Source: Casimicrobiaceae bacterium (lineage in GTDB: Bacteria; Pseudomonadota; Gammaproteobacteria; Burkholderiales; Casimicrobiaceae). From it: DNA of 64,000 nucleotides. The notes under the pieces were generated by a model. That model had not been told where the DNA came from. It made no database searches and saw only the letters and a list, made by a program, of their open reading frames with translations. Position 1 is the stretch's first letter; every line of letters starts with the position of its first letter. Positions 55,579 to 64,000 of this stretch are shown here, one piece after another. The stretch lies in contig DATBBM010000142.1 of the NCBI GenBank assembly GCA_036270955.1, forward strand, positions 1,440 to 65,439. The letters run 5' to 3'. A program made the position numbers and the translations under genes.

Positions 55579-56922
55579 TTGGCCTCCTACGTCGAAAAGA
55601 TCGCCCGCCTGCAGGCGGATATCGCCGCAGCTCCCGGCGCGTCGGCGCGGGTAGGGCTTGCCAAATCCACGTCGAATCTGTTTCGGGACCGCGCCCCGCG
55701 CGCGGCGCCGCGAATCGATCTCAAGCATTTCAATCGCGTCGTCGCTTTCGACGCCGCCGCCCAGACTGTCGACACCGAAGGGATGACGACGTACGCCGAG
55801 CTCGCGTCGGCGACGCTCGCGCATCGGGCGATGCCGTGCGTCGTGCCGCAATTGAGGTCGATCACCGTCGGTGGCGCAATGGCCGGAGTCGGAATCGAGG
55901 CGACCTCGTTCCGGCATGGCCTGGTGCACGACACCGCGGTTGCGCTGGAAGTGCTGACCAGCGACGGCCGCGTCGTCATCTGCACGCGCGACAACGAGCA
56001 CCGCGACCTGTTTTTCGGCTTTCCCAATTCGTACGGCACCTTGGGCTACGCACTGAAGCTGACGATGCGTACGCAACCGGTCCGCAAGTTCGTGCAGGTC
56101 GAGCACAGGCGGTACTCTGCTGCCGGCGATTGCTTTGCGGCGATCGCCGGACTCGCTGCGCACCACGACATCGATTTTCTCGACGGCGTCGTATTCGCGC
56201 CGGACGAAATGATCGTGTCGGTGGGGCGCTTCGTCGACGAAGCGCCATTCGTCAGCGACTACAGCTTCGAGCATATCTACTACCGCTCGCTGCGCGAGCG
56301 CTCGACGGATTTCCTGACCGCTGAGGGTTATCTGTGGCGTTGGGACACCGATTGGTTCTGGTGCTCGAAGAACGTGGGCGCGCAGCATCCGCTGCTGCGG
56401 CGTTTATACGGGCGCAACCGGCTGAACTCGGTTACGTACCAGCGCATCATGCGCTGGAACAGCCGGTGGGGAATCACCCGCGCGCTCAACCGGGTTCGCG
56501 GCGTATACGCAGAATCGGTCATCCAGGACGTCGACATTCCGATCGACCGGGCAGCCGAGTTCCTGGCTTTTCTGCACGCGGAGGTCGGCATCCTGCCGAT
56601 CTGGCTTTGCCCGATCCGAGCGCCCGACGCCGCCGCAGCGTTCACGCTCTATCCGCTCACTCCCGGAACGTTGTATGTCAACTTCGGATTCTGGGACGTG
56701 GTGACGACACGGCACCAGCGCCCCGCGGGCTTCTGCAATCGGCTGATCGAGCGCAAGGTGCGCGAGCTCGGCGGGATCAAGTCGCTTTACTCCGACTCGT
56801 ACTTCAGCGAAGACGAGTTCTGGGAGATCTACAACCGTCCGGCGTATGCGGCGCTCAAGGAAAGGTACGATCCTTCCGGTTCGCTGGGCGACCTGTACGC
56901 AAAAACCGTTCTGCGCGCGTAG
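55579..56922 (+). CDS. FAD-binding (FAD_binding_4) oxidoreductase, DHCR24/DIMINUTO/BfaA-like
   Basis: KSTSNLFRDR, PQLRSITVGGAMAGVGIEATSFRHG and YLWRWDTDWFWCS motifs. Non-ATG (TTG) start inferred. Confidence 0.8.
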   Translation: MASYVEKIARLQADIAAAPGASARVGLAKSTSNLFRDRAPRAAPRIDLKHFNRVVAFDAAAQTVDTEGMTTYAELASATLAHRAMPCVVPQLRSITVGGAMAGVGIEATSFRHGLVHDTAVALEVLTSDGRVVICTRDNEHRDLFFGFPNSYGTLGYALKLTMRTQPVRKFVQVEHRRYSAAGDCFAAIAGLAAHHDIDFLDGVVFAPDEMIVSVGRFVDEAPFVSDYSFEHIYYRSLRERSTDFLTAEGYLWRWDTDWFWCSKNVGAQHPLLRRLYGRNRLNSVTYQRIMRWNSRWGITRALNRVRGVYAESVIQDVDIPIDRAAEFLAFLHAEVGILPIWLCPIRAPDAAAAFTLYPLTPGTLYVNFGFWDVVTTRHQRPAGFCNRLIERKVRELGGIKSLYSDSYFSEDEFWEIYNRPAYAALKERYDPSGSLGDLYAKTVLRA

Positions 56923-57001
56923 CGGACAATCGACCGCCTCCGGCGGTCCGGGCTGGCGCTGCCGCACGCGACCGCGATCTCTGAACGCCTCCGAGTCGAC
57001 G

Positions 57002-57805
57002 ATGCCGCGTTTCTCCGCCAATCTCTCGTTCCTGTTCCACGAGGTCGCATTCGTCGATCGCTTCGCGGCGGCGGCCGCGGCGGGTTTTCGAGCGGTCGAA
57101 TTCGCGTTTGGCTACGATTATCCCGAGCGCGAGTTGGGGGCGCGCGTCCGCGACCACGGGCTCGAGCAGGTGCTGATAAATACTCCGCCGGGCGACTTGA
57201 CCGCGGGTGAGCGGGGCTTCGGCGCGGTGCCTGGCCGCGAGCGCGAATTCGCCGATGGCGTGGCCACGGCGCTGCGCTACGCGCACGCACTGTCCTGCCC
57301 TCGCATCCACGCGATGGCCGGCATCGTGCCTGCCCAGTCCGACCCCGGGCATCGCGCGCAATGCCGCTCGACCTTCGTGCGCAATCTGCGCGTGGCCACG
57401 CGCGAGGCCGCCGCGCAAGGCGTCGAGCTGACGATCGAGCCGATCAATCACCGTGACATGCCGGGATACTTTCTGACGACGCAGGCCGAGGCGCATGCGA
57501 TACGCGAAGAAGTCGGCTCGGAAAATCTCAAAGTCCAGATGGATCTCTACCACGCGCAGATCGTCGAAGGCGATCTTTCGGAAAAGATCCATCGCTGGCT
57601 GCCGTACATCGGTCACATCCAGATCGCCGGCGTCCCGGGGCGCCATGAGCCCGATGTCGGCGAGATCAATTATTACGCGCTTTTCGCCTTGCTCGACGAG
57701 CTCGGCTATCGAGGCTGGGTCGGCTGCGAATACCGGCCATTGAACGACACGCTGAGCGGGCTGCGCTGGATGGAACGGCTGAGGTCGCCAGCTACGGGTA
57801 CGTAG
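57002..57805 (+). CDS. hyi: Hydroxypyruvate isomerase
   Basis: Collinear with E. coli Hyi: MPRFSANLSFLF, IEPIN, HIQIAG.PGRHEP, GEINY and GWVGCEY.P. Confidence 0.85.
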   Translation: MPRFSANLSFLFHEVAFVDRFAAAAAAGFRAVEFAFGYDYPERELGARVRDHGLEQVLINTPPGDLTAGERGFGAVPGREREFADGVATALRYAHALSCPRIHAMAGIVPAQSDPGHRAQCRSTFVRNLRVATREAAAQGVELTIEPINHRDMPGYFLTTQAEAHAIREEVGSENLKVQMDLYHAQIVEGDLSEKIHRWLPYIGHIQIAGVPGRHEPDVGEINYYALFALLDELGYRGWVGCEYRPLNDTLSGLRWMERLRSPATGT

Positions 57806-57946
57806 GTCCCGGCGGGACGGTGCTCACTGCTCAGAGCTCACAGCGCCACCTCCTTGTCGGTTCCCATAAGACTGTCGTTTCGTGTCGGTGGCTGGCGCTG
57901 ATTCGCGGGCGTTCGCATCCCCGCTCCGCGGGCCCCTGCTCACTGC

Positions 57947-58711
57947 TCACAGCGCTACACTCATTCCCCCGTCGACGATCAGCAGCTGCCCGGTCATGTA
58001 GTTCGATGCGCTCGAGGCCAGGAACACGGCAATCCCCGCCAGCTCGTCGGGCTGGCCCCAGCGGCCGGCGGGCGTGCGCTTGCACACCCACGCATTGAAC
58101 TCGGCGTTGTCGATCAGCGCGCGATTCATTTCGGTCGCGAAATAACCGGGCGCGATTGCGTTGACCTGGATGTTGTGAGGCGCGAGCTCGACCGCCATGC
58201 CTCGGGTCAGCTGACGCACGCCTCCTTTCGCCGCCGTGTACGGCACGACGCTGGGGCGCGCCAGCTCGCTCATCAGGGAGGCGATGTGCACGATCTTGCC
58301 GCTCTTGCGCGCGATCATGCCAGGCAGCACGGCTTGAGACACGACGAAGGGCGCGGTCAGGTTCGTCGCGATGATGTCGTCCCAATCATGCTGCGAAAAG
58401 TCGGCCAGTGCACCGCGGCGCTGGATGCCTGCGTTGTTGACCAGAACGTCGATGCGGCCGTGCTCGCTCTCGATCGCTCTCACCCCCGCCCGGACGGCCT
58501 CGCGATCGGTAACGTCGAATATCGCGGTCGACGCCTTCAGCGACTGGGCGGTCAACGCGCGCGTCGCCGGTTCCACCGCTTCGACGCGGCGGCCGTTGAG
58601 CACGACCGACGCGCCTGCCCGCGCGAGGCCCTGCGCGATGGCGAACCCGAGCCCGCGATAAGCGCCGGTGACCAGCGCGACCTTGCCCGACAGTTCGAAT
58701 ACGGATTGCAT
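57947..58711 (-). CDS. SDR family oxidoreductase (gluconate 5-dehydrogenase-like)
   Basis: AAGGAG RBS, VTGAYRGLG, NNAG and YTAAKGG for YxxxK. Confidence 0.85.
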   Translation of the reverse strand: MQSVFELSGKVALVTGAYRGLGFAIAQGLARAGASVVLNGRRVEAVEPATRALTAQSLKASTAIFDVTDREAVRAGVRAIESEHGRIDVLVNNAGIQRRGALADFSQHDWDDIIATNLTAPFVVSQAVLPGMIARKSGKIVHIASLMSELARPSVVPYTAAKGGVRQLTRGMAVELAPHNIQVNAIAPGYFATEMNRALIDNAEFNAWVCKRTPAGRWGQPDELAGIAVFLASSASNYMTGQLLIVDGGMSVAL

Positions 58712-58783
58712 GGGTTCAGCTCCTTCCAATGCGCCGGTGACGAGCGAAACCTGCACTCGTCGTCGCCGATGCGAGCGAGGCTC

Positions 58784-59560
58784 TCAGAACAGCGCCTGCG
58801 TATCGGCGTCGATCGGCAGGGCCTGGCCCGAGATGTTGGCGCCCAGAGGCGAAGCGAGGAAAACGATCACGTTGGCGATGTCATCGGCGGAGACCAGCCG
58901 CCGGAGCGACGTTCTCGCCAGCGCCTCGTCGCGAACGGTTTCCGGCGCAACGCCGCGCGCAGCCGCTTTATTGGCAAACACCGCGTCGATGCGCGGGCCG
59001 GCTACGGACCCGGGACAGATCGCATTGACGCGAACACCGTCGCGGCCGAGCTCGATCGCGAGTGACTTGGACAGGCCTATCACCGCCCACTTGGACGCCG
59101 CGTACGGTGTGCGCATCGGGAAGCCGAAGCGCCCCGCGGCCGATGAAAGATTGGCGATGCTGGGATTGCTGCTCTTCCTCAGCCAGGGAATGGCACGCTG
59201 CGCGCACAGGAACTGTCCAGTCAGGTTGACCGCGAGCGTGCGTTCCCAATCGGCTAGCGCGATGTCTTCGCACGCGGCGGTCGGCCCGGCGACGCCGGCA
59301 TTGTTGACCAGCGCGTCCAGGCCGCCAAAGGTGGCGGTCACCTGGTCGAACATCCGCGCGACCGCCGCGCCGTCGGCGACGTCGCAGATGCTCTGGGCGA
59401 TGTCGGCATCGCTCGCGGCGATCGCCTTCAAGGCCGCCTGGTCGACATCGCACACGTGAACTCGAGCACCTTCGCGAACGAATGCCCGCGCGGTCGCAAG
59501 TCCGATGCCGGAAGCACCGGCCGTGACAAGGACACGCAATCCGCGGATCGCGAGATCCAT
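58784..59560 (-). CDS. SDR family oxidoreductase
   Basis: VTAGASGIG, NNAG and YAASKWA for YxxxK. Confidence 0.85.
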   Translation of the reverse strand: MDLAIRGLRVLVTAGASGIGLATARAFVREGARVHVCDVDQAALKAIAASDADIAQSICDVADGAAVARMFDQVTATFGGLDALVNNAGVAGPTAACEDIALADWERTLAVNLTGQFLCAQRAIPWLRKSSNPSIANLSSAAGRFGFPMRTPYAASKWAVIGLSKSLAIELGRDGVRVNAICPGSVAGPRIDAVFANKAAARGVAPETVRDEALARTSLRRLVSADDIANVIVFLASPLGANISGQALPIDADTQALF

Positions 59561-59739
59561 CGTTCAACTCTCCCTGGTAGCGAAGGAGCGCTGCGACCGC
59601 GTGCCCAACCGGCCTCGGTCGAAATCGAAGGACCGGTTCGCCGCACGCGGCATGGACAGCGCACGGGTTTCGGGATTATATAGCCCGGCCCCGCCTCTGC
59701 TGCTGAAACCTTTAGGAAGCATGCTATGAACGCGAAGCC

Positions 59740-60678
59740 ATGGAAAAGACGATAGCAGTCATCGGCGCCGGCCTGATCGGCCGCGCCTGGGCGATGGTAT
59801 TCGCGCGGGCAGGGTGGTCGGTGCGCTTGACGGACAGCGATCCGGCTCAGCTCGCGCATGCCCACGCGTTCATCGCGTCGAGCCTCGGCGAGCAGCAGCA
59901 ATACGGGCTAGTCACTGACGCCCGCGCGGCGCTCGCGCGCATCGCGCATATAGCGAACATCGAGGCGGCGATCGAGGGTGCCGACTGCGTGCAGGAGAAT
60001 CTGCCGGAGAGAGTGGAGGTCAAGCGCGATGTCTTCGAGCTGCTCGATCGTCATGCCCGTCCGGATGCGGTACTAGCCAGCTCGACCTCGGCGATTCCGG
60101 CATCGCGCTTTACCGAAAGCCTGCCCGGGCGTGCGCGCTGCCTGGTCGCGCATCCGGTCAATCCGCCGCATCTGGTGCCGATCGTCGAGCTGTGCGGCGC
60201 GCCGTGGACCGCGCCGGAGACCATGGACCGCGCGGAACGCGTATTCGCGTCGGTCGGGCAGGTCCCGATCATCGTGCGGCGCGAGATCGACGGCTTTGTG
60301 CTGAATCGCCTGCAGGGCGCGCTGTTGTCAGAGGCGATGCGTCTGGTCGGGGAGGGCTACGTCTCCGCCGACGATCTCGACAAGACGGTGCGCGACGGAC
60401 TCGGGTTGCGCTGGTCGTTCCTCGGGCCGATGGCGACGATCGAATTGAACGCGCCCGGCGGCGTGGCGGATTACTGTGCGCGTTACGGCGACTTCTATCG
60501 CCGCCTGGCCGCCGACCCGGCCGGCCCGGAGGTATGGGAAGGGGACAATGCGGCAAAGGTCGGCGCCGCGCTCGGCGACCCGCGCTCGCCCGAGATCAGG
60601 GAAGCAAGAACCCGATGGCGCGACAGGCGCCTGATGGCGCTGGTCGCGCACAAACGCGAGCAACCGGATTCCGAATAA
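59740..60678 (+). CDS. 3-hydroxyacyl-CoA dehydrogenase family protein (L-carnitine dehydrogenase / L-gulonate 3-dehydrogenase-like)
   Basis: IAVIGAGLIG Rossmann motif, HPVNPPHLVPIVEL, DGFVLNRLQ and GLGLRWSFLGP. Confidence 0.85.
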   Translation: MEKTIAVIGAGLIGRAWAMVFARAGWSVRLTDSDPAQLAHAHAFIASSLGEQQQYGLVTDARAALARIAHIANIEAAIEGADCVQENLPERVEVKRDVFELLDRHARPDAVLASSTSAIPASRFTESLPGRARCLVAHPVNPPHLVPIVELCGAPWTAPETMDRAERVFASVGQVPIIVRREIDGFVLNRLQGALLSEAMRLVGEGYVSADDLDKTVRDGLGLRWSFLGPMATIELNAPGGVADYCARYGDFYRRLAADPAGPEVWEGDNAAKVGAALGDPRSPEIREARTRWRDRRLMALVAHKREQPDSE

Positions 60679-60689
60679 GGAGGTCAGCA

Positions 60690-61628
60690 ATGGCAGCAAG
60701 ACAGAGTCGCAGCGTGATCATCACCTGCGCGATCACCGGATCGATCCACACGCCTTCTATGTCGCCCTATCTGCCGGTGACGCCGCAGGAAATCGCCGAC
60801 GCAGCGGTCGGCGCGGCCGAAGCCGGGGCGGCGATCGTCCACCTGCACGCGCGCGACCCGGTCGACGGACATCCGACGCAGGACCCGAAGTACTTCCGCG
60901 TCTTCGCCGCCGACATCGCCCGTCGCAGCGACGTGGTGATCAATTTCACGACCGGCGGCGCGGCCACGATGACCATCGAGGAGCGTCTGCAACCGGCGCT
61001 CCAGCTCAAGCCGGAGGTGGCGTCGCTCAACATGGGATCGATGAACTTCGGGCTCTTCCCGATGCTGAAGCGTTTCTCGACGTTCAAATTCGACTGGGAG
61101 CGCACCTACCTCGCGACGTCAGACGAGCGCGTGTTCAAGAACACGTTCAAGGATATCGAATACATCCTGACCTCGTGTGCCAACAACGGCACGCGGTTCG
61201 AGATCGAGTGCTACGACATCGGGCATCTGTACACGGCGGCGCATTTTTTCGATCGCGGCATCGTCAAGCCGCCGCTGTTCATTCAGAGCGTGTTCGGGAT
61301 ACTCGGTGGCATCGGCGCGCACCCGGATGACGTCGCGCACATGAAGCGCACCGCCGACCGGCTGTTCGGCGACCAGTATCGCTGGAGCGTGCTGGGTGCC
61401 GGCCGCAGTCAGCTGCCGGTCGCGGCGATGTCGGCGGCGATGGGCGGCAACGTGCGGGTCGGGCTCGAGGACAGCCTGTGGCTGGGGCCGGGGAAGCTCG
61501 CCGAATCTAATGCAGCGCAGGTGAAAGCCGCGCGCGCGATGATCGAGGCGATGGGCCTGTCCGTCGCGACCCCCGACGAGGCGCGGGAGATCCTGAAGCT
61601 CAAGGGCCGGACCGCGGTCGCGTTCTGA
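60690..61628 (+). CDS. BKACE family enzyme (3-keto-5-aminohexanoate cleavage enzyme-like, DUF849)
   Basis: AAGGAGG RBS. IITCAITGSIHTPSMSPYLP, VHLHARDP and VRVGLEDS are hallmark BKACE motifs. Confidence 0.9.
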   Translation: MAARQSRSVIITCAITGSIHTPSMSPYLPVTPQEIADAAVGAAEAGAAIVHLHARDPVDGHPTQDPKYFRVFAADIARRSDVVINFTTGGAATMTIEERLQPALQLKPEVASLNMGSMNFGLFPMLKRFSTFKFDWERTYLATSDERVFKNTFKDIEYILTSCANNGTRFEIECYDIGHLYTAAHFFDRGIVKPPLFIQSVFGILGGIGAHPDDVAHMKRTADRLFGDQYRWSVLGAGRSQLPVAAMSAAMGGNVRVGLEDSLWLGPGKLAESNAAQVKAARAMIEAMGLSVATPDEAREILKLKGRTAVAF

Positions 61629-61711
61629 AGCGAGTACGCCGCGCGCCGATCAAAAAAAGCGCGACCCGGCGTGTGCCGCCAACCGCGCTGGTGACGCAGA
61701 AACTCAACGCT

Positions 61712-64000
61712 TCAGGCGGCCACCTTGATCGCGGCGAGCGCCGCCGCCGCACCGGGCGCAGCGGCACGAAAGCTTGCAACCAGCTCGGCTTCCTTGGCCT
61801 TCGCTACCTTCAGATGGCGGTCCTTGACGTGGCCGTAGCCGCGAATGTGCTCGGGGATCGAGGCGAGCTCGACCGCGATCGCGTGATTGTGCGCGGCCAG
61901 CCGGGGCGACAGCTCGTCGATCAACGCTTCGTAATCGGTGATCAGCCGGCGCTCGGTTCGCCGCTCGTGCGTCTTGCCGAACACGTCCAGCGCCGTGCCG
62001 CGCATCCATTTCATCTTCGCCAGCACGCGGAACGCCGTCATCATCCACGGCCCGTAGCTGCTCTTCTTGGCTTCGCCGGTGACCGGGTCGGGCTTGTTCG
62101 ACAACGGCGGCGCAAGATGGAAGTTGAGCTTGTAGTCGCCTTCGAACTGCGCGGCGACGCGCTTCAGAAAGTCGCCGTCGGTGTAAAGCCTTGCGACTTC
62201 GTACTCGTCCTTGATGGCGAGCAGCTTGAAATAGTACCGGGCCACCGCTTCGGTCAGCGCCGTCTTGCCGGGTAGCCGCGCGGTCTCGGCGGCGCGCACC
62301 TTGGCGACGAAATCGCTGTAGCGCTTGGCGTACGCAGCGTCCTGGTAATCGGTCAGGAACGTGGCGCGGCGCGCGATCATCTCGTCGACCGACTCCGACA
62401 GGCGTTGCGAATCCGGTTTCGATTCCGGTACTGCGGCGGCCGCGACCCGCGCCGGATCGACGGCGGCAAGGCGACCCCAGCGGAAGCTTTGCTTGTTCGA
62501 CTCGACCGCTGCGCCGTTGAGCTCGATCGCGCGCAGGATCGCATCCTCGCCGAGCGGAATCAGGCCGCGCTGATACGCGAACCCCACCATGAACAGGTTG
62601 GTTGCGATCGAGTCGCCCATCAACCCGGTCGCGAGCCGGGTCGCGTCGAGGAACTCGGCGTCGCCGGGCGCGACTGCGTCGCGGATTTCGTGCTCCATCG
62701 AGCCGAGCGGGAACTTGAGGTCGGCGTTGCGGGTGAATTCGGCCGGCATCACCAGCGCGGTGTTGACCAGTGCACGGGTGACGCCTCTTTGCATCTTGGC
62801 GACGGCTTCGTCGCCGACGCCGGTCAGGATATCGCAGGCCAGCACCAGCTTGGCTTCGCCGGCGGCGATTCGCGTCGCATGGATCCGCTCGGGTGTGTCG
62901 GCGATGCGCACGTGCGATACGACGGCGCCGTTCTTTTGCGCAAGGCCGGTCATGTCGAGCACGCTGCAGCCCTTGCCGGCGAGGTGCGCAGCCATGCCTA
63001 GCAACGCGCCTATGGTCACGACGCCGGTGCCGCCAATGCCGGTGACCAGGATCCCGTAAGGCTCGGTTGTCGCCGGCACCGCCGGATCGGGCAGCGCCGT
63101 GACGTCGAGGGCATCGGCCCGCTTCGGCTTGCGCAAACCGCCGCCCTCGACGGTGACAAAGCTCGGGCAGAAGCCGTTGACGCAGGAGAAATCCTTGTTG
63201 CACGAGCTCTGGTCGATCGTACGCTTGCGGCCGAACTCGGTCTCGACGGGAGCCACCGAAACGCAGTTCGACTTGACGCCGCAGTCGCCGCAGCCTTCGC
63301 AGACCAGCTCGTTGATGAATACGCGTTTCGCCGGATCCGGATACTTGCCGCGCTTGCGGCGGCGTCGCTTTTCCGCCGCGCAGGTCTGGTCGTACAGAAG
63401 CACCGTGCAGCCCGGCGTGTCACGGAGCTCGCGCTGCACCTTGTCCAGGTCGTCGCGATGGTGAATCGCGGTGCCGGCGGCGAAATAGCCGGACGGATAC
63501 TTGTCCGGCTCGTCGCTGACGACGACGATTTTTTCGACGCCTTCGGCTGCGACCTGCCTGGCGATGATCGCGGGAGAAATGGGGCCGTCGACCGGCTGAC
63601 CGCCGGTCATTGCGACCGCGTCGTTATAGAGAATCTTGTAGGTGATGTTGACCTTGGCCGCGACCGAGGCCCGGATCGCCAGGACGCCGGAGTGGTAATA
63701 GGTGCCATCGCCGAGATTGGCGAACATGTGCTTCTGTTCGGTGAACGGCGCCTGCCCGATCCATGGCACGCCTTCGCCGCCCATGTGCGTGAACGTCGAT
63801 GTCGAGCGATCCATCCAGATGGCCATCACGTGGCAACCGATGCCCGCGGTCGAGCGGCTGCCTTCGGGCACCTTCGTCGACGTGTTGTGGGGGCAGCCCG
63901 AGCAGAAGTACGGGATGCGCTGCAGGCTGATCTTCGGCCTGGCCAGCGCCGCCTCCTTGGCGTTGATGAATGCGACGCGGCTTTCGATCTTCTCCTTGTG
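61712..64000 (-). CDS. Indolepyruvate ferredoxin oxidoreductase family protein (fused alpha/beta type); N-terminus lies outside the window
   Basis: My hand translation shows the frame stays open upstream of the tracked GTG to the window edge (HKEKIESRVAFINAKEAALARPKISLQRIPYFCSGCPHNTSTKVPEG). It has the ferredoxin-type CEGCGDCG cluster. Confidence 0.9.
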   Translation of the reverse strand, partial: HKEKIESRVAFINAKEAALARPKISLQRIPYFCSGCPHNTSTKVPEGSRSTAGIGCHVMAIWMDRSTSTFTHMGGEGVPWIGQAPFTEQKHMFANLGDGTYYHSGVLAIRASVAAKVNITYKILYNDAVAMTGGQPVDGPISPAIIARQVAAEGVEKIVVVSDEPDKYPSGYFAAGTAIHHRDDLDKVQRELRDTPGCTVLLYDQTCAAEKRRRRKRGKYPDPAKRVFINELVCEGCGDCGVKSNCVSVAPVETEFGRKRTIDQSSCNKDFSCVNGFCPSFVTVEGGGLRKPKRADALDVTALPDPAVPATTEPYGILVTGIGGTGVVTIGALLGMAAHLAGKGCSVLDMTGLAQKNGAVVSHVRIADTPERIHATRIAAGEAKLVLACDILTGVGDEAVAKMQRGVTRALVNTALVMPAEFTRNADLKFPLGSMEHEIRDAVAPGDAEFLDATRLATGLMGDSIATNLFMVGFAYQRGLIPLGEDAILRAIELNGAAVESNKQSFRWGRLAAVDPARVAAAAVPESKPDSQRLSESVDEMIARRATFLTDYQDAAYAKRYSDFVAKVRAAETARLPGKTALTEAVARYYFKLLAIKDEYEVARLYTDGDFLKRVAAQFEGDYKLNFHLAPPLSNKPDPVTGEAKKSSYGPWMMTAFRVLAKMKWMRGTALDVFGKTHERRTERRLITDYEALIDELSPRLAAHNHAIAVELASIPEHIRGYGHVKDRHLKVAKAKEAELVASFRAAAPGAAAALAAIKVAA

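Noticed and set aside
53995-56388. 797-aa ORF antisense to the cfa-like and FAD oxidoreductase genes
   Set aside because: It spans two supported plus-strand genes and their intergenic gap and has no motifs.
61704-63203. 499-aa minus-strand ORF in an alternative frame of the indolepyruvate ferredoxin oxidoreductase gene
   Set aside because: It has an Arg/Gly/Asp-rich composition. The other frame has the ferredoxin cluster and family motifs.
1-64000. Search for mobile elements, integrases, phage genes, CRISPR arrays and defence systems
   Set aside because: I recognised no transposase, integrase or recombinase motifs, no inverted-repeat-bounded elements and no regularly spaced repeats. The window looks like core or accessory chromosome rather than an island.

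Overview
Visibly GC-rich chromosomal segment (GC not computed). The gene content looks like a Burkholderiales-type betaproteobacterium: three Bug/TctC-family periplasmic binding proteins, class Ia nrdA/nrdB with NrdR boxes, rhlE, prfC, recQ, arfB and an argB-like gene. I support about 60 CDS, mostly by recognising protein motifs in the ORF track; no database search was possible. Starts were refined from paralogue alignment, RBS position and stop/start overlaps. I saw no rRNA, tRNA, CRISPR array, transposase, integrase or phage genes. Many long ORFs in the track are antisense or off-frame shadow ORFs typical of high-GC DNA, and I rejected them. There is no obvious defence island. The most unusual observations are: (1) a two-gene module, an orphan Bug binding protein overlapping an ATP-grasp enzyme, present twice with swapped gene order, the second copy followed by a small secreted HExxH protein; (2) a divergent QueA-like gene sharing an ATGA overlap with an SDR, next to an XRE-cupin regulator with repeated TGGACAC sites, an ArgB-like kinase and an overlapping secreted unknown; (3) two paralogous, unannotated ~50-codon hydrophobic peptide genes with strong RBSs in the spacer downstream of nrdB; (4) a DUF2442 gene sitting between nrdA and nrdB; (5) a Cfa-like methyltransferase plus DHCR24/BfaA-like flavoprotein pair, suggesting 10-methyl branched fatty acid synthesis; (6) a cNMP-binding TrxR-like flavoprotein lacking the CxxC disulfide, next to a ZnF-UBP protein. 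All functional interpretations are hypotheses that need homology searches and experiments.
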